Below, piece by piece: positions 18,311 to 29,674 of a stretch of 64,000 nucleotides of DNA (positions are counted from its first letter, which is position 1; each line of letters opens with the position of its first letter). The stretch comes from OCS116 cluster bacterium AG-390-I16 (GTDB taxonomy: Bacteria > Pseudomonadota > Alphaproteobacteria > MED-G09). The position numbers were made by a program, and so were the translations under genes. The notes under the pieces are model-generated. The model saw only the letters and a list, made by a program, of their open reading frames with translations, ran no database searches and was not told the origin of the DNA. The stretch covers positions 6,932-70,931 of the forward strand of contig QCGZ01000003.1 of assembly GCA_003279705.1 (NCBI GenBank). The letters run 5' to 3'.

Positions 18311-20128
18311 ATGAAAAAAATAATAACAAAATTTTATATTATTCTTTTATTAGTAACTATTTCAGGTTGTGAAACATCTAAATCAATTAATTATGATTTA
18401 AATGTAAATAAAGCATCAACTGAAACTTATAGAGTTACAAATAATGCTGAAATTATAGGCTCAATTGACTCTTCAGGAATATACAAGTGGTTAGGAATTC
18501 CCTATGCTAAAAAACCAATTAATGATCTTAGGTGGAGAGCGCCCCGTGAAATAGAAAATTACAGCAAAAAATATGAAGCTATTTCTTTTAAAAAACCTTG
18601 TGTTCAGTTTCAGTCTTCTCTTACCAATAATGGTCTAGTAAAACCTGGGGCGATTGTTGGTTCAGAAGATTGTTTATATTTAAATATTTACTCTCCAGCC
18701 TTATCCAAAGATCAAATATCTAAAGATAATATTAATTTACCTGTAATGGTTTGGATACATGGGGGTGGTAATACAACCGGGATGCCTTCGGAGTATAACC
18801 CTGAAATATTTGTTAAATCAGAAAATATAATTTTTGTAAGTATTGCATATAGATTAGGAATTTTTGGCTGGTTATCTCATCCTGAATTAAGGGAGCAAAA
18901 TGGTATAGACTCTTCTTCTAATTTTGGACTGTTGGATCAAATAATGGCCTTAAAATGGATAAAAGAAAATATCCAATTTTTTGGAGGTAATCCAAACAAT
19001 ATAACTATTTTTGGTGAAAGTGCTGGTGGTCAAAATGTGATAGCCCTTTATTCATCGCCTTTAGCAAAAGGTTTGTTCGATAGAGCAATTTCTCAATCTG
19101 GCGGAACATCAGTAACATCAATTAAAGATGCTGAAAAAATTAATCGTTCTGATCCTAGGTATATAAGTAGTTATAAGAATAGGCATGTAACAACAGAAGA
19201 ATGGGTAAATATTTTAAATAAAAAAGGCTTAGTCCCATCAAAATTTGGTGAGAAAAATAATTTATTTGATCTGAGGTCTCTTGACTCTTTATCTCTTATG
19301 AGTGGAATTGATAAAGGAGAATTTTGGAGTTCGCAAAGAGATTTAGCCAGAATAATTAGCGATAATGTTGTAATTCCAGAAGAAGGCATTTTAGAAACAC
19401 TAAAGGATGCAAGCAAGCACGCAAATGTCCCAATTATTCTTGGAATTAATAAAGACGAAAATAAGTTATTTAATTTTTTTAATAAAGATTTAGTTAGAAA
19501 TTTATTTAACAGATTTTTTTTAGTAAAGGATCCTTTTTACTATGATATTTTATCTGATTATCAAAGTCTTGCATGGCGATCTAATGGTTTAGATACACCT
19601 GCTGATATAATTCATCAGAGCGGACAAAATAATATTTATACATACAGATTTGATTGGGATGAAGAACCAAAAATTTTAGGAATGGATTTCTCTCTGTTAT
19701 TAGGTGCAGCCCATGCCTTTGAGATACCATTTATAATGGGAGATTTTGACTTAGGTGGCCAAACATCATTTATTTACGATAAAGATAAGATAAAAGAACG
19801 AAATATTTTATCTGCTAGCATGATGCAGTATTGGTCAGAGTTTGCAAAAAATGGTAATCCAGATAGAGGCGGTAATAAAAATTTAGCACGTTGGGAAAAA
19901 TGGAAAACATTTGAAGGAGACTCCAAAATAATGATTTTGGATACAATCTCTTCTGGAGGAAGTAGAATTATAAATAGTCATGTTCCAATTGATGCTCTTG
20001 TTGAGGCTTTTAATAACGATCCAAGATCAAAAAACATAGAGGATAAATGTGCCTTCCTAGAGGTAGTTTTTTCATGGGTTGACAATTGGAAAGAAAAGAA
20101 TAATTCGTGTATCAATTATGAGAGTTAA
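18311..20128 (+). CDS. carboxylesterase type B family lipoprotein
   Basis: Lipobox LLLVTISGC. Type-B carboxylesterase motifs EDCLYLNIY and the catalytic Ser in FGESAGG. Confidence 0.8.
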   Translation: MKKIITKFYIILLLVTISGCETSKSINYDLNVNKASTETYRVTNNAEIIGSIDSSGIYKWLGIPYAKKPINDLRWRAPREIENYSKKYEAISFKKPCVQFQSSLTNNGLVKPGAIVGSEDCLYLNIYSPALSKDQISKDNINLPVMVWIHGGGNTTGMPSEYNPEIFVKSENIIFVSIAYRLGIFGWLSHPELREQNGIDSSSNFGLLDQIMALKWIKENIQFFGGNPNNITIFGESAGGQNVIALYSSPLAKGLFDRAISQSGGTSVTSIKDAEKINRSDPRYISSYKNRHVTTEEWVNILNKKGLVPSKFGEKNNLFDLRSLDSLSLMSGIDKGEFWSSQRDLARIISDNVVIPEEGILETLKDASKHANVPIILGINKDENKLFNFFNKDLVRNLFNRFFLVKDPFYYDILSDYQSLAWRSNGLDTPADIIHQSGQNNIYTYRFDWDEEPKILGMDFSLLLGAAHAFEIPFIMGDFDLGGQTSFIYDKDKIKERNILSASMMQYWSEFAKNGNPDRGGNKNLARWEKWKTFEGDSKIMILDTISSGGSRIINSHVPIDALVEAFNNDPRSKNIEDKCAFLEVVFSWVDNWKEKNNSCINYES

Positions 20129-21116
20129 TAAAAAATATAATTGTTTGTTTATTGGAAATGCAATTATCGATGTTGTTTCTGAAGTTTCATTCAATTTTTT
20201 AGAAGAACAAAAAATTGATGTTGGGTCTTGGAGACCAGTTTCAGTTAATGAAATTAATGAATTACAAGAAAAAATGGATAATATTATTATTGCTTCAGGA
20301 GGATCAGCTGCCAATTCTGCAGTTGGCTTTTCATTATTGGGGGGTAGCAGTGCTTTTATAGGAAGAGTTAAGAACGATGATTTTGGTTCCCTTTATATTA
20401 ATGATCTTAAAGAGGCTAACGTTGACTTTATATCCAATCCTGTAGATTTGGGTGACGAAACAGGAAGATGTCTTGTTTATGTATCGCCTGATGCACAAAG
20501 ATCTATGAGAACATATTTAGGTGCAGCATCAAACTTATCCCCGGAAAATCTTAATATTGATGCATTCGAAAACTCAGAAATAGTATATATGGAAGGTTAT
20601 CTATGGGATGAGCCGGTCGCAAAAGAGGCTTATAAAAAAGCTTTTGCAATATCCAAAGATTTAGAGATTAAATCTGCTTTAAGTTTATCTGATAAATTCT
20701 GTGTGGAAAAATGGAGAGAGGAATTTAGAGGTCTTACCGAAAATACAGATATTGTATTTGGTAATGAAGAAGAAATAATGACTTTGTACGATACTAATAT
20801 TTTATCCAATGCTATTTCTGCAGCATCAAATGAATTAAATTTATGTATAATTACTCGAGGGGAAAAGGGATCTATCATTATTTCATCAGATGGTGTTGAG
20901 GAAATTCCATCATATCCATGTGAAAATGTAATTGATACAACTGGAGCTGGAGATTTATTTGCCGCAGGTTTTTTATATGGATTAAGTATTAACTTAAGAC
21001 TTTACGAATGCGCAAAACTTGGATCTTTTTGTGCATCTAATGTGATTAATATTTTTGGACCTAGACCAAACAACAATTTACTTCAGCTCGTTAAAAAAGA
21101 AGGCTTGTTGACATAG
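20118..21116 (+). CDS. PfkB-family carbohydrate/nucleoside kinase
   Basis: C-terminal PfkB signature [16 protein letters not shown]. The ATG at 20118 overlaps the esterase 3-prime end by 11 nt. Confidence 0.8.
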   Translation: MRVNKKYNCLFIGNAIIDVVSEVSFNFLEEQKIDVGSWRPVSVNEINELQEKMDNIIIASGGSAANSAVGFSLLGGSSAFIGRVKNDDFGSLYINDLKEANVDFISNPVDLGDETGRCLVYVSPDAQRSMRTYLGAASNLSPENLNIDAFENSEIVYMEGYLWDEPVAKEAYKKAFAISKDLEIKSALSLSDKFCVEKWREEFRGLTENTDIVFGNEEEIMTLYDTNILSNAISAASNELNLCIITRGEKGSIIISSDGVEEIPSYPCENVIDTTGAGDLFAAGFLYGLSINLRLYECAKLGSFCASNVINIFGPRPNNNLLQLVKKEGLLT

Positions 21117-21141
21117 GTTCTTTTGCTATTATGAGTTTATT

Positions 21142-21768
21142 ATGAATATAAAATCACTTTTAATAGATAAAGATAGATCTCTTCCAGGAAGAGAAGAAGT
21201 AATCAAAATTTCTCCAAATCATTTTGTGAATGATAATAGGATTTTAGAACCCTTTCCAGATGGTATTATCTTTGCAGACTTTGGCTTGGGATGTTTTTGG
21301 GGAGCAGAAAGAATTTTTTGGACTCAAGACGGTATTTATTCAACTGCTGTTGGTTATATGGGCGGTTATACAAAGAATCCGACCTATGAGGAGGTTTGTT
21401 CTGGGTTAACAGCCCACACTGAAGTTGTAAGAGTTTTTTTCAATCCCTCGACTATTTCGTATAAGGCTTTATTAGAAGTCTTTTGGGAGTCTCATAATCC
21501 TACACAAGGGATGCGCCAAGGTAATGATATGGGAACACAATATCGCTCTGCTATATATACTCACAATGATTTACAGAGAGAGTTGGCATTAGAGAGTAAA
21601 GAAATCTTTCAAAAAAGTCTTTTAGACAATTCTTATGGTGCGATAACAACTGAAATTAGAAATGAAGAAAATTTCTATTATGCTGAAGAATATCATCAAC
21701 AGTACTTAGCAAAAAATCCAAATGGTTACTGTGGAATTGGTGGATTAGGCATATCATGTAAAATTTAG
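21142..21768 (+). CDS. msrA: peptide-methionine (S)-S-oxide reductase
   Basis: Canonical MsrA active site GLGCFWGAE and a 208-aa length. Confidence 0.9.
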   Translation: MNIKSLLIDKDRSLPGREEVIKISPNHFVNDNRILEPFPDGIIFADFGLGCFWGAERIFWTQDGIYSTAVGYMGGYTKNPTYEEVCSGLTAHTEVVRVFFNPSTISYKALLEVFWESHNPTQGMRQGNDMGTQYRSAIYTHNDLQRELALESKEIFQKSLLDNSYGAITTEIRNEENFYYAEEYHQQYLAKNPNGYCGIGGLGISCKI

Positions 21769-22145
21769 TCTTTATGATGATGTGATTTAAGATCCTTTTC
21801 AATATCTTCATGGTCTCCAATTACGACGTGATATTTACTTTTAACAACTACTTTCTCTAAAAAAGGCACCAGAAGAAGCGGCAAAAGTCCTCCAATAACA
21901 ATTCCTAATGTGGCTGGTCGCATACTTGGGTCTATTAGGGCTGCAATTAGGTCAGCTAAGACATGGGCAATTCCAGCTCCTATAATCCCAGCAATATAAC
22001 CATTTGAGAGGATTTTAAGTAATCTATTTATGCTAAATCCAGAATAGTAACCAAGCAACATAATGCTTACATGGACAATACCGAAAACAAATCCTCTGGA
22101 TATTTGATTATCCACTCCAAAGAAACTAATGATTATATCATCCAT
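21765..22145 (-). CDS. small hypothetical membrane protein with His-rich C-terminus
   Basis: 126 aa with 3 hydrophobic helices and an HHHKD tail. Its stop overlaps the msrA stop (convergent). Confidence 0.4.
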   Translation of the reverse strand: MDDIIISFFGVDNQISRGFVFGIVHVSIMLLGYYSGFSINRLLKILSNGYIAGIIGAGIAHVLADLIAALIDPSMRPATLGIVIGGLLPLLLVPFLEKVVVKSKYHVVIGDHEDIEKDLKSHHHKD

Positions 22146-22166
22146 ATTTATTCCTATTGAGCAGTC

Positions 22167-24206
22167 TTAGAATTCTCTCTCTAAAGAAAAATAAAACTCT
22201 CTCTCATTACCTACAAAATACCTGTAACTTCCAAATGCATAATCTGCTCTTGTAGCATAACGCTCATCTGTTAGATTTCTTACAGTTAATCCAATTGAAG
22301 TCTTACTCATAAGATCTCTTTTTAATCTTAAATTAAAAATATCATGACCTTCATAATTGTGGGCATTGCTTTCATTAATTGGGTAGTCTCCAACTCTAAT
22401 CCACTCTAGTTCAAATTTTCCACCCATACTTGGAAGATAGGTAAATCTTGTATTAGCCAGCTCTTTGGGTGCTGAGTCAATTGTATTACCTTTCACTATT
22501 TTATTAGGAGTATGATTAAAATCATATTCGTGATCCGCAAAACTTAATGAACCAGAAATTTCAAAATTATCGCCAAAGGTTTTAAAATAATTAAATTCAA
22601 TTCCGTTATGTTTTGTTACTCCATTTTCGACATTAAAACCTTGTGAGTCTCTAAAGAAATAGTCTTCTTTTTTCATTGTATAACCAACAATTTCATATTC
22701 CAATCCACCAATTGATATACCTCTGAAACCAATTTCAAAACTTTCCAATTTTTCAGAGTCGGCTCCACCAGGGACTTGTTTGCTCTGAATTCTATATAGA
22801 TCAGTAACCTGAGGCGCTCTGTTTCCAATTGATAGGTTGGTGAATAAAAAATTATTCTCTTTTAGCATATAAGAAAAAGAAGTTTTTAAAGAAATATCAG
22901 TAAAATCATCACTTCTATTTGGGCTAACTTGAATTCTTCCTTTTGTACCGCTTGGAATATTTGTTTTGTAATCATATTCTACATTTTCTGCCCTAACACC
23001 TGTTGTAAAGACAGCTCTATCGTTTAATAACCATTCAGTATTAAAATACAGTGAAAGTATTTTACTATCGATAGAGAAATCATAATGTGGTCCTTGTGGA
23101 TAGGCTAATCTTGGACCAAAAGATACGTCTTTTGAATCCTGAAATTCTGATAATTTACCCTCAGTAAATTCTATATCACTTCCAATAAACCATGTAAGAT
23201 TTTGAATTTTTTTACTATAAATACTTTGAATTCCAATACTTTTATGTGAGTTAGTTTCTAATGGTTTGCCCGGTAAGAAATGCATTTTAAAATCCATCTC
23301 ATTATAACGGATGTAAGGTGTAATCGATAATTTAGAGTTCAAATAGTTTTTTATAATCTTAAAGGATGATCTAATACTATAGGTATCTCTAAATGCCTCA
23401 GGGTCAGGATTAATTTTACTTATATTTTTATTATTATAAATTTTATATCCTTTTACATATCCCTTTGTTTCTTGATTAAGATTTGTTCCTATTAAGGTAA
23501 AAATATAATCATTAATTCCTTCAGAGTTATCCCATTTGAATAGAAATTTTTGTTGACCATAATGCGGTTGATCAATTGATTCATTATGACTGTAGCCATT
23601 ATCCTCTCTCCAAAAAAGATTAAGAACAACACCACCTTTTTGAGTAGGCCCAGAGTAACTCCCATCAATTGTAAATTCTTGATCTGAAAATTGAGTTCTT
23701 ATAATTTGTTTTTTCTCTTCGCTGGGGGTAGGTGTAATAACATTTATTAATCCATGAACAGCATTTGAACCATAAAGAGCAGAGCCTGGTCCTCGAACAA
23801 CTTCAGTTCTGTCTCCAATTTCTATAATAGACTCCATTAACCCATTTACATTTCCAAAGCCAGGTGATCTCAGCGGAATACCATCTTCTAGATATAAAAA
23901 ACTTCCAGCACCAGCACCCCCTGATAATACTGGAGATCTGATAGAGGTTAAATGTTCTTGCCCGCTACCTTGGCTAATATAAACAGCTGGAAGTCTATTT
24001 AAAATTTCACTTGGATTTATTGCATTAATGAATTTTATTTCATCTGTATTAATTGAAGAAATATTACCTCCAACTTTTAAAATTTGAGTATCTTCTTTTG
24101 ACGCAGTTACAACAATTTCATCAACAAGGCTTGCACTAGCTTTTTGGTTAAATTGCATTAATGGAATAAAAAATAAAATTAAAAAGTATATTGCTATCTT
24201 AGTCAT
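22167..24206 (-). CDS. TonB-dependent outer-membrane receptor
   Basis: Signal peptide, an N-terminal plug-like region (IVVTASK... TonB-box-like), a long beta-barrel and a terminal aromatic residue (LEREF). Confidence 0.8.
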   Translation of the reverse strand: MTKIAIYFLILFFIPLMQFNQKASASLVDEIVVTASKEDTQILKVGGNISSINTDEIKFINAINPSEILNRLPAVYISQGSGQEHLTSIRSPVLSGGAGAGSFLYLEDGIPLRSPGFGNVNGLMESIIEIGDRTEVVRGPGSALYGSNAVHGLINVITPTPSEEKKQIIRTQFSDQEFTIDGSYSGPTQKGGVVLNLFWREDNGYSHNESIDQPHYGQQKFLFKWDNSEGINDYIFTLIGTNLNQETKGYVKGYKIYNNKNISKINPDPEAFRDTYSIRSSFKIIKNYLNSKLSITPYIRYNEMDFKMHFLPGKPLETNSHKSIGIQSIYSKKIQNLTWFIGSDIEFTEGKLSEFQDSKDVSFGPRLAYPQGPHYDFSIDSKILSLYFNTEWLLNDRAVFTTGVRAENVEYDYKTNIPSGTKGRIQVSPNRSDDFTDISLKTSFSYMLKENNFLFTNLSIGNRAPQVTDLYRIQSKQVPGGADSEKLESFEIGFRGISIGGLEYEIVGYTMKKEDYFFRDSQGFNVENGVTKHNGIEFNYFKTFGDNFEISGSLSFADHEYDFNHTPNKIVKGNTIDSAPKELANTRFTYLPSMGGKFELEWIRVGDYPINESNAHNYEGHDIFNLRLKRDLMSKTSIGLTVRNLTDERYATRADYAFGSYRYFVGNEREFYFSLEREF

Positions 24207-24241
24207 TTTCTCGCTTTCTATATTGGTAGTTTCAAAATTGA

Positions 24242-25192
24242 TTAGTCTTTTAGCACTTTAATTAGATCATGGAAATGGACAAAACCTATTGGTGTTTGAC
24301 TTTTGTTAGTGATAAATAACCCTTGAACACTTTGATTATTTATAAGTTTTAATGCCTCTGATACTAAAAGTTCTTCAGATATGCTTAATGGGTCTTTAGT
24401 CATAATTTCTTCAACATTTTTTTCTAACATCTCAGGCCCCATATGCCTTCTTAAATCCCCGTCAGTGATAATTCCTATGAGCTTATCATCAGAAGTTATA
24501 CCTATACAACCAAAACCCTTTTCGGATATCTTAATTATAGCTTCTGACATTTTGCACCCCTTTTTTAGTAGAGGAATTTCCTCTCCAACATGCATTATAT
24601 CTCTAACTTTAGCTAGTATTGCCCCTAATCTTCCTCCTGGATGAAGTGAACGAAAATTATCTTTATCAAAGTCTCTCATATTTAAGAGAGAAATTGCAAT
24701 GGCATCGCCAACAATAAGTTGCATTGTAGTTGAAGTAGTCGGTGCAAGACCATTTGGACAAGCCTCTTTTGCATTTGGAAGATTGAGAGCAATATTTGAT
24801 GACTTAGCCAAATGACTGTTTTTATTTGAGGATAATCCTATTAATTTATTATTATTTTCATGAGCAAATCTTACAATATCACCTAACTCAGTTGTTTCCC
24901 CTGACCATGAAATAGCAAAAATTACATCATTTTTTTCAATCATTCCCATATCGCCATGACTTGCTTCTGTTGGATGAATAAAAAAAGATGGTGTGCCAGT
25001 AGAGGATAATGTTGCAGAAATTTTTCTTCCTATATGGCCAGATTTTCCAACACCGGTAACAATAACTTTACCTTTTGACTTAAAAATTATATTAACAGCT
25101 TCTTCAAAATTTGAATCAAAGAATTTTTTTAGTAGATTTATTCCATCAATTTCATCATTTAATACTTGAAGGGCTGTTTCAATAATTTTCAT
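24242..25192 (-). CDS. kdsD: arabinose-5-phosphate isomerase (KpsF/GutQ/KdsD family; SIS + tandem CBS domains)
   Basis: SIS motif VTGVGKSGHIGRKISATLSSTGTPSFF, then two CBS-like segments. ATGA overlap with the upstream ugd. Confidence 0.85.
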   Translation of the reverse strand: MKIIETALQVLNDEIDGINLLKKFFDSNFEEAVNIIFKSKGKVIVTGVGKSGHIGRKISATLSSTGTPSFFIHPTEASHGDMGMIEKNDVIFAISWSGETTELGDIVRFAHENNNKLIGLSSNKNSHLAKSSNIALNLPNAKEACPNGLAPTTSTTMQLIVGDAIAISLLNMRDFDKDNFRSLHPGGRLGAILAKVRDIMHVGEEIPLLKKGCKMSEAIIKISEKGFGCIGITSDDKLIGIITDGDLRRHMGPEMLEKNVEEIMTKDPLSISEELLVSEALKLINNQSVQGLFITNKSQTPIGFVHFHDLIKVLKD

Positions 25193-26511
25193 TTTGTTTC
25201 CTTGTTGAAATTTACGGCCTCTCTACCTATGGAATGATATTCAATTTTAAGTTTTTCCATTTCATCAAGAGAAAAAAGATTCCTAAAATCTATTATAATT
25301 GGTTTGTTCATAATATCGCTTATTTTTTTTAAATCCATACTTTTAAATTCATTCCATTCTGTAAGTATAACCAAACAATCTGAATTTTTTACAACTGAAT
25401 AAATATCATTTTCCCAATTAACATTTTCAAACTCTTTAATACCTACCTTGTTTGCTTGCGGGTCATAAATGGAAATATTAAAACCTTTATCGATTAAATC
25501 AGGAATAATTGATAAACTAGGCGCCTCTCTCATATCATCGGTATTGGCTTTATATGTTACACCAAGTACTCCAATATTTTTTTTATCTTTTGTTATTGAA
25601 ATTATTTTTTTTGATAAACTCTCTTTTCTTTTCTCGTTTCCATCAATTACAGCCTTAAGTAAGTTTTGAGGTGCATTATAATTTTCTCCAGACTCAACTA
25701 AGGCTCTAGCATCTTTTGGGAAACATGAGCCACCAAATCCAGGACCAGCATTTAAAAAATCAGGGCCTATCCTCTTATCTAAACCTATTCCAAGAGCAAT
25801 ATCCTCAACATCTGCTCCCACTTTTTCACAAAGGTCTGCTATTTCATTTATGAAAATTATTCTCATCGCTAACATTGAGTTACTCGCATATTTAATTAAT
25901 TCAGATGATCGCCTAGTTGTAAAAATTATTGGGAAATTATTGTCTAAATGTTTTTTATATATTGAGTTTAAGGTTGATATTGAGTTTTTATTTTTTGTGC
26001 CCACAATTATTCTATCTGGGTTTTCAAAATCAAAAATCGCTGAACCTTCTCTTAAAAATTCTGGGTTTGAAACAACATCAAAATCAATGGATGGGTTTAC
26101 TAAATTAATTATTTCTTCTACTTTATCGCATGTACCCACTGGTACTGTTGATTTTAAAATCACAACAGTATTACTTTTTATATTTTTTCCTATTGCTTCT
26201 GCGCATGCGAAAACTTGAGATAAATCTGCACCATCATTCTCAATATTTGTAGGTGTTCCAACAGCAATAAAAATAGCATCTGCATTTTTTATTGTTTGAT
26301 CTATATTGCTCGAAAACGAAAGTAAATTATTTTCTACTTTCTCTTTAATTAAGTCTTCTAGCCCTGGTTCATAGATCGGTATTTTTCCACTTTCTAAATC
26401 TTGAATTTTTTTTTCATCTATATCCAGGCAAGTCACATTCTGATCAGCTCTTGCTAAACATGCTCCTGTGACAAGCCCTACATAACCAGATCCAATAATA
26501 CTTATTTTCAT
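25189..26511 (-). CDS. ugd: UDP-glucose 6-dehydrogenase / nucleotide-sugar dehydrogenase
   Basis: MKISIIGSGYVGLVTGACLA N-terminal Rossmann and catalytic Cys region GFGGSCFPKD. The ATG at 26511 has a GGTGA Shine-Dalgarno. Confidence 0.85.
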   Translation of the reverse strand: MKISIIGSGYVGLVTGACLARADQNVTCLDIDEKKIQDLESGKIPIYEPGLEDLIKEKVENNLLSFSSNIDQTIKNADAIFIAVGTPTNIENDGADLSQVFACAEAIGKNIKSNTVVILKSTVPVGTCDKVEEIINLVNPSIDFDVVSNPEFLREGSAIFDFENPDRIIVGTKNKNSISTLNSIYKKHLDNNFPIIFTTRRSSELIKYASNSMLAMRIIFINEIADLCEKVGADVEDIALGIGLDKRIGPDFLNAGPGFGGSCFPKDARALVESGENYNAPQNLLKAVIDGNEKRKESLSKKIISITKDKKNIGVLGVTYKANTDDMREAPSLSIIPDLIDKGFNISIYDPQANKVGIKEFENVNWENDIYSVVKNSDCLVILTEWNEFKSMDLKKISDIMNKPIIIDFRNLFSLDEMEKLKIEYHSIGREAVNFNKETK

Positions 26512-26575
26512 ATTTTCACCCAATTAAGCAATTTTAAAGAAAAGTAAAATAATTATGACAAAAAATTCTTGATAA

Positions 26576-28648
26576 TTAACTAAAAATATTTATTTTTTCT
26601 CCAACAACTTTTTCTAAATATGGAGATGGAGAAAAATCACTCCCATGCTCTTTTTCCATTTCTTGAAGCCATGATAATATTTTGTCATATCCAATTAGAT
26701 TGCCATAAAACATTGGCCCCCCCTCATAAATCGGCCATCCATAACCATTAATCCAAATTATATCTATATCGCTTGCCCTTATAGCCATACCTTCATCAAG
26801 AATTTTAAATCCTTCATTTATCATTGGATATAAACATCTTTTAAGGATTTCATCTTTTTCTATTTCCCTTCTTTTAATTTGTTTATTTTCTGCAAATTCC
26901 TGAATAATTTTTTCTACATCATTATCAGGTAGCTTATTTCTATTTTCATCATAAATATAAAAGCCTTTTCCAGATTTTTGTCCAAATCTTTCATTCTCAC
27001 AAAGTATTTCTCTAATAGTTTCTCCTCTTGAGGTTTCTTTATCCCAGCCTATATCTAGGCCTGCTAAGTCTGACATTGCAAATGGTCCCATTGGAAAACC
27101 GAACTCAAATAAGGCATCATCAATTTCCCAAGGTAATGCACCTTCTAAAATAAGTTTATTAGCTTCTCTTTGTCTTTGAGCTAAAATTCTATTTCCAACA
27201 AAGCCTGGACAAACACCAACAAGAGCTGCTGTCTTCCCAATATTTTTTGCTAAAACCATAGATGTAGCGATGATTTGTTTAGACGTCTTCTCACCTCTTA
27301 CAATTTCTAAAAGTCTCATAACGTTCGCGGGACTAAAGAAGTGAAGTCCAATAACATTTTCGGGTCTTTTAGTTGTTTCGGCAATTTCATTTATATCAAG
27401 TGCTGATGTATTAGTTGCGAGTATTGCATTGTCTTTAGCAATTAAATCTAGTTTAGAAAAAATTTCTTTCTTTAAATCCATATTCTCAAAAACAGCCTCA
27501 ATAATCAAATCTGTATCTGAGAGAGAGTCAATAGATATGTTACCACTAATGCACTGCATTCTTTTTTCAACTTCCTCAAGAGTGATCCTACCTTTTGCAG
27601 CTGTATTCTCATAATTTTTTCTTATTATACCTATTCCTTTATCAAGTCTTTCTTGGCTTCGTTCAACAAGAGTTACAGGGATTCCAACATTTGCAAAATT
27701 CATTGCAATACCCCCTCCCATGGTTCCAGCACCAATTATACCAACTTTTTTAATATCCAATAATTCAGTTTCTTTTGGTATGTCAGGTATTTTTGCAACT
27801 TGTCTTTGGGCAAAGAAAAAATATCTTTGTGCAGCTGATTGATTACCACTTATAAGTTTAATAAATAAATCCCTTTCAACTTTAATGCCTTCATCAAAAG
27901 GTTTATTTACTGCAGCTTCAATGCATTGAATATTATATTCTGGCGCTAAAAAACCTCTAGTTTTTCTCTCAATTGATTTTCTGAAGTTTTTAAAAAGTTC
28001 ATCATTTCCTTTAGCCGCCTCTACCTTTTCATTTATATCTCGCACTTTTTTTAGGGGTTGATTTTCTGAGATAATTTCTTTTGCAAAGGATACTGAATCA
28101 TTCAAAAGATCATCACTAGATAATTTATCAATAAGACCACTTTTAAGACATTGTTCAGCAGGCAGATGAATACCTGAGGTAACCATTTTTAAAGCTTGTT
28201 CTACACCAACTAATCTAGGAAGTCTTTGTGTGCCACCAGCACCAGGTAATAAACCAAGATTTACTTCAGGAAGACCACATTTTGCTGATTTTACAGCTAT
28301 TCTATAATGACAAGTCAAAGCAACTTCAAGTCCACCACCTAATGCTGTTCCATGTATAGCTGCAATTATTGGCTTTGGAGAGTTTTCCATTACATCTTGA
28401 ACTTCAAATAATGAAGGACCTTTTGGTTCTTTTCCAAATTCTGAGATATCAGCCCCTGCTATAAAGGTTCTTCCTTCGCAAATAATGACTATTGCTTGAA
28501 CATCATTGTTTTCTATAGCCTTTTTAACACCAATATCTAAACCTTCTCTCACGTTTGCAGATAAAGCATTAACAGGAGGCGAGTTTAAAGTAATAACTCC
28601 AACATTCTCAATTATATCTAATTTTGTCACATCATTGATAGCAGTCAT
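26576..28648 (-). CDS. fatty-acid oxidation multifunctional enzyme alpha subunit (enoyl-CoA hydratase + 3-hydroxyacyl-CoA dehydrogenase; FadB/FadJ type)
   Basis: N-terminal crotonase domain (ICEGRTFIAGADISEF), central NAD Rossmann (VGIIGAGTMGGGIA) and a 3HCDH C-terminal domain. Confidence 0.85.
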   Translation of the reverse strand: MTAINDVTKLDIIENVGVITLNSPPVNALSANVREGLDIGVKKAIENNDVQAIVIICEGRTFIAGADISEFGKEPKGPSLFEVQDVMENSPKPIIAAIHGTALGGGLEVALTCHYRIAVKSAKCGLPEVNLGLLPGAGGTQRLPRLVGVEQALKMVTSGIHLPAEQCLKSGLIDKLSSDDLLNDSVSFAKEIISENQPLKKVRDINEKVEAAKGNDELFKNFRKSIERKTRGFLAPEYNIQCIEAAVNKPFDEGIKVERDLFIKLISGNQSAAQRYFFFAQRQVAKIPDIPKETELLDIKKVGIIGAGTMGGGIAMNFANVGIPVTLVERSQERLDKGIGIIRKNYENTAAKGRITLEEVEKRMQCISGNISIDSLSDTDLIIEAVFENMDLKKEIFSKLDLIAKDNAILATNTSALDINEIAETTKRPENVIGLHFFSPANVMRLLEIVRGEKTSKQIIATSMVLAKNIGKTAALVGVCPGFVGNRILAQRQREANKLILEGALPWEIDDALFEFGFPMGPFAMSDLAGLDIGWDKETSRGETIREILCENERFGQKSGKGFYIYDENRNKLPDNDVEKIIQEFAENKQIKRREIEKDEILKRCLYPMINEGFKILDEGMAIRASDIDIIWINGYGWPIYEGGPMFYGNLIGYDKILSWLQEMEKEHGSDFSPSPYLEKVVGEKINIFS

Positions 28649-28723
28649 ATTTTTTCCTTTCACGTTAGGTAAATAAGTATATTCTACCTTAAATTTAAAC
28701 GAAACTTAATTAAGGAGATTTTA

Positions 28724-29674
28724 TTGTCTAATAATAAAACATCATCCAATGGTTCAGCAAAAGACTTAATAGAGAATATTCAGTCTAATTTTGAAAAACA
28801 AGGGTATATTTGTAATACTCATATTGCTACAGCAATATTTTTAAGCCAATCATTAGGTAAACCTATTTTAGTAGAAGGCCCTCCAGGAGTTGGTAAAACA
28901 GAATTAGCAAAAGCAACAGCTGAATGGATGAAAAAACCTCTTATAAGGCTACAGTGTTACGAAGGGCTTGATGAGGCAAAAGCATTATATGAGTGGAAAT
29001 ATGGTAAGCAATTACTTTATACTCAAGTTCTAAAGGATAAGTTGAATCAAATTGTTTCAAAATCTGATAGTCTTGAGTCTTCAATTAATAATCTAAATAA
29101 CTTTGATGACATATTTTTTTCTGAAAAATTTTTAGAGCCTAGACCACTTTTAAAAGCTATAGAGAGTGAAAATGGCTCAGTTTTATTGATTGATGAAATT
29201 GATAAATCCGATGATGAATTTGAAGCATTTCTTCTTGAAATTTTATCAGAATATCAAGTATCAATTCCTGAAATTGGAACAATAAAAGGAAATGTAAAAC
29301 CAATTGTGTTTTTAACATCAAATAACACAAGAGAAATAGGTGATGCCTTAAAAAGGCGTTGTCTGCATTTATATATTCCTTTTCCTGATCCTTTTTTAGA
29401 AGAGAAAATCATTAGCTCAAGAGTTCCAGAAATTGATAAAAATTTAAAAATTCAATTAGTTAATTTTGTTCAAGGATTAAGAAATTTAGATTTAAAGAAA
29501 CTTCCTTCTGTCTCTGAGACAATTGACTGGGCAAGATCACTTGTATTATTAAATGTAAAAAATCTTGAACCAAATTTAGTAAGAGAAACTCTAAATATTT
29601 TATTAAAATTTCAAACAGATATTGATGTTTCTGATCCTGAAATAGATAACCTTATTGAACAATCAAAAAAGTAG
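28724..29674 (+). CDS. MoxR-family AAA+ ATPase
   Basis: Walker A GPPGVGKTELAK, Walker B LLIDEIDK and MoxR-like length. TTG start with an AAGGAG Shine-Dalgarno. Confidence 0.8.
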   Translation: MSNNKTSSNGSAKDLIENIQSNFEKQGYICNTHIATAIFLSQSLGKPILVEGPPGVGKTELAKATAEWMKKPLIRLQCYEGLDEAKALYEWKYGKQLLYTQVLKDKLNQIVSKSDSLESSINNLNNFDDIFFSEKFLEPRPLLKAIESENGSVLLIDEIDKSDDEFEAFLLEILSEYQVSIPEIGTIKGNVKPIVFLTSNNTREIGDALKRRCLHLYIPFPDPFLEEKIISSRVPEIDKNLKIQLVNFVQGLRNLDLKKLPSVSETIDWARSLVLLNVKNLEPNLVRETLNILLKFQTDIDVSDPEIDNLIEQSKK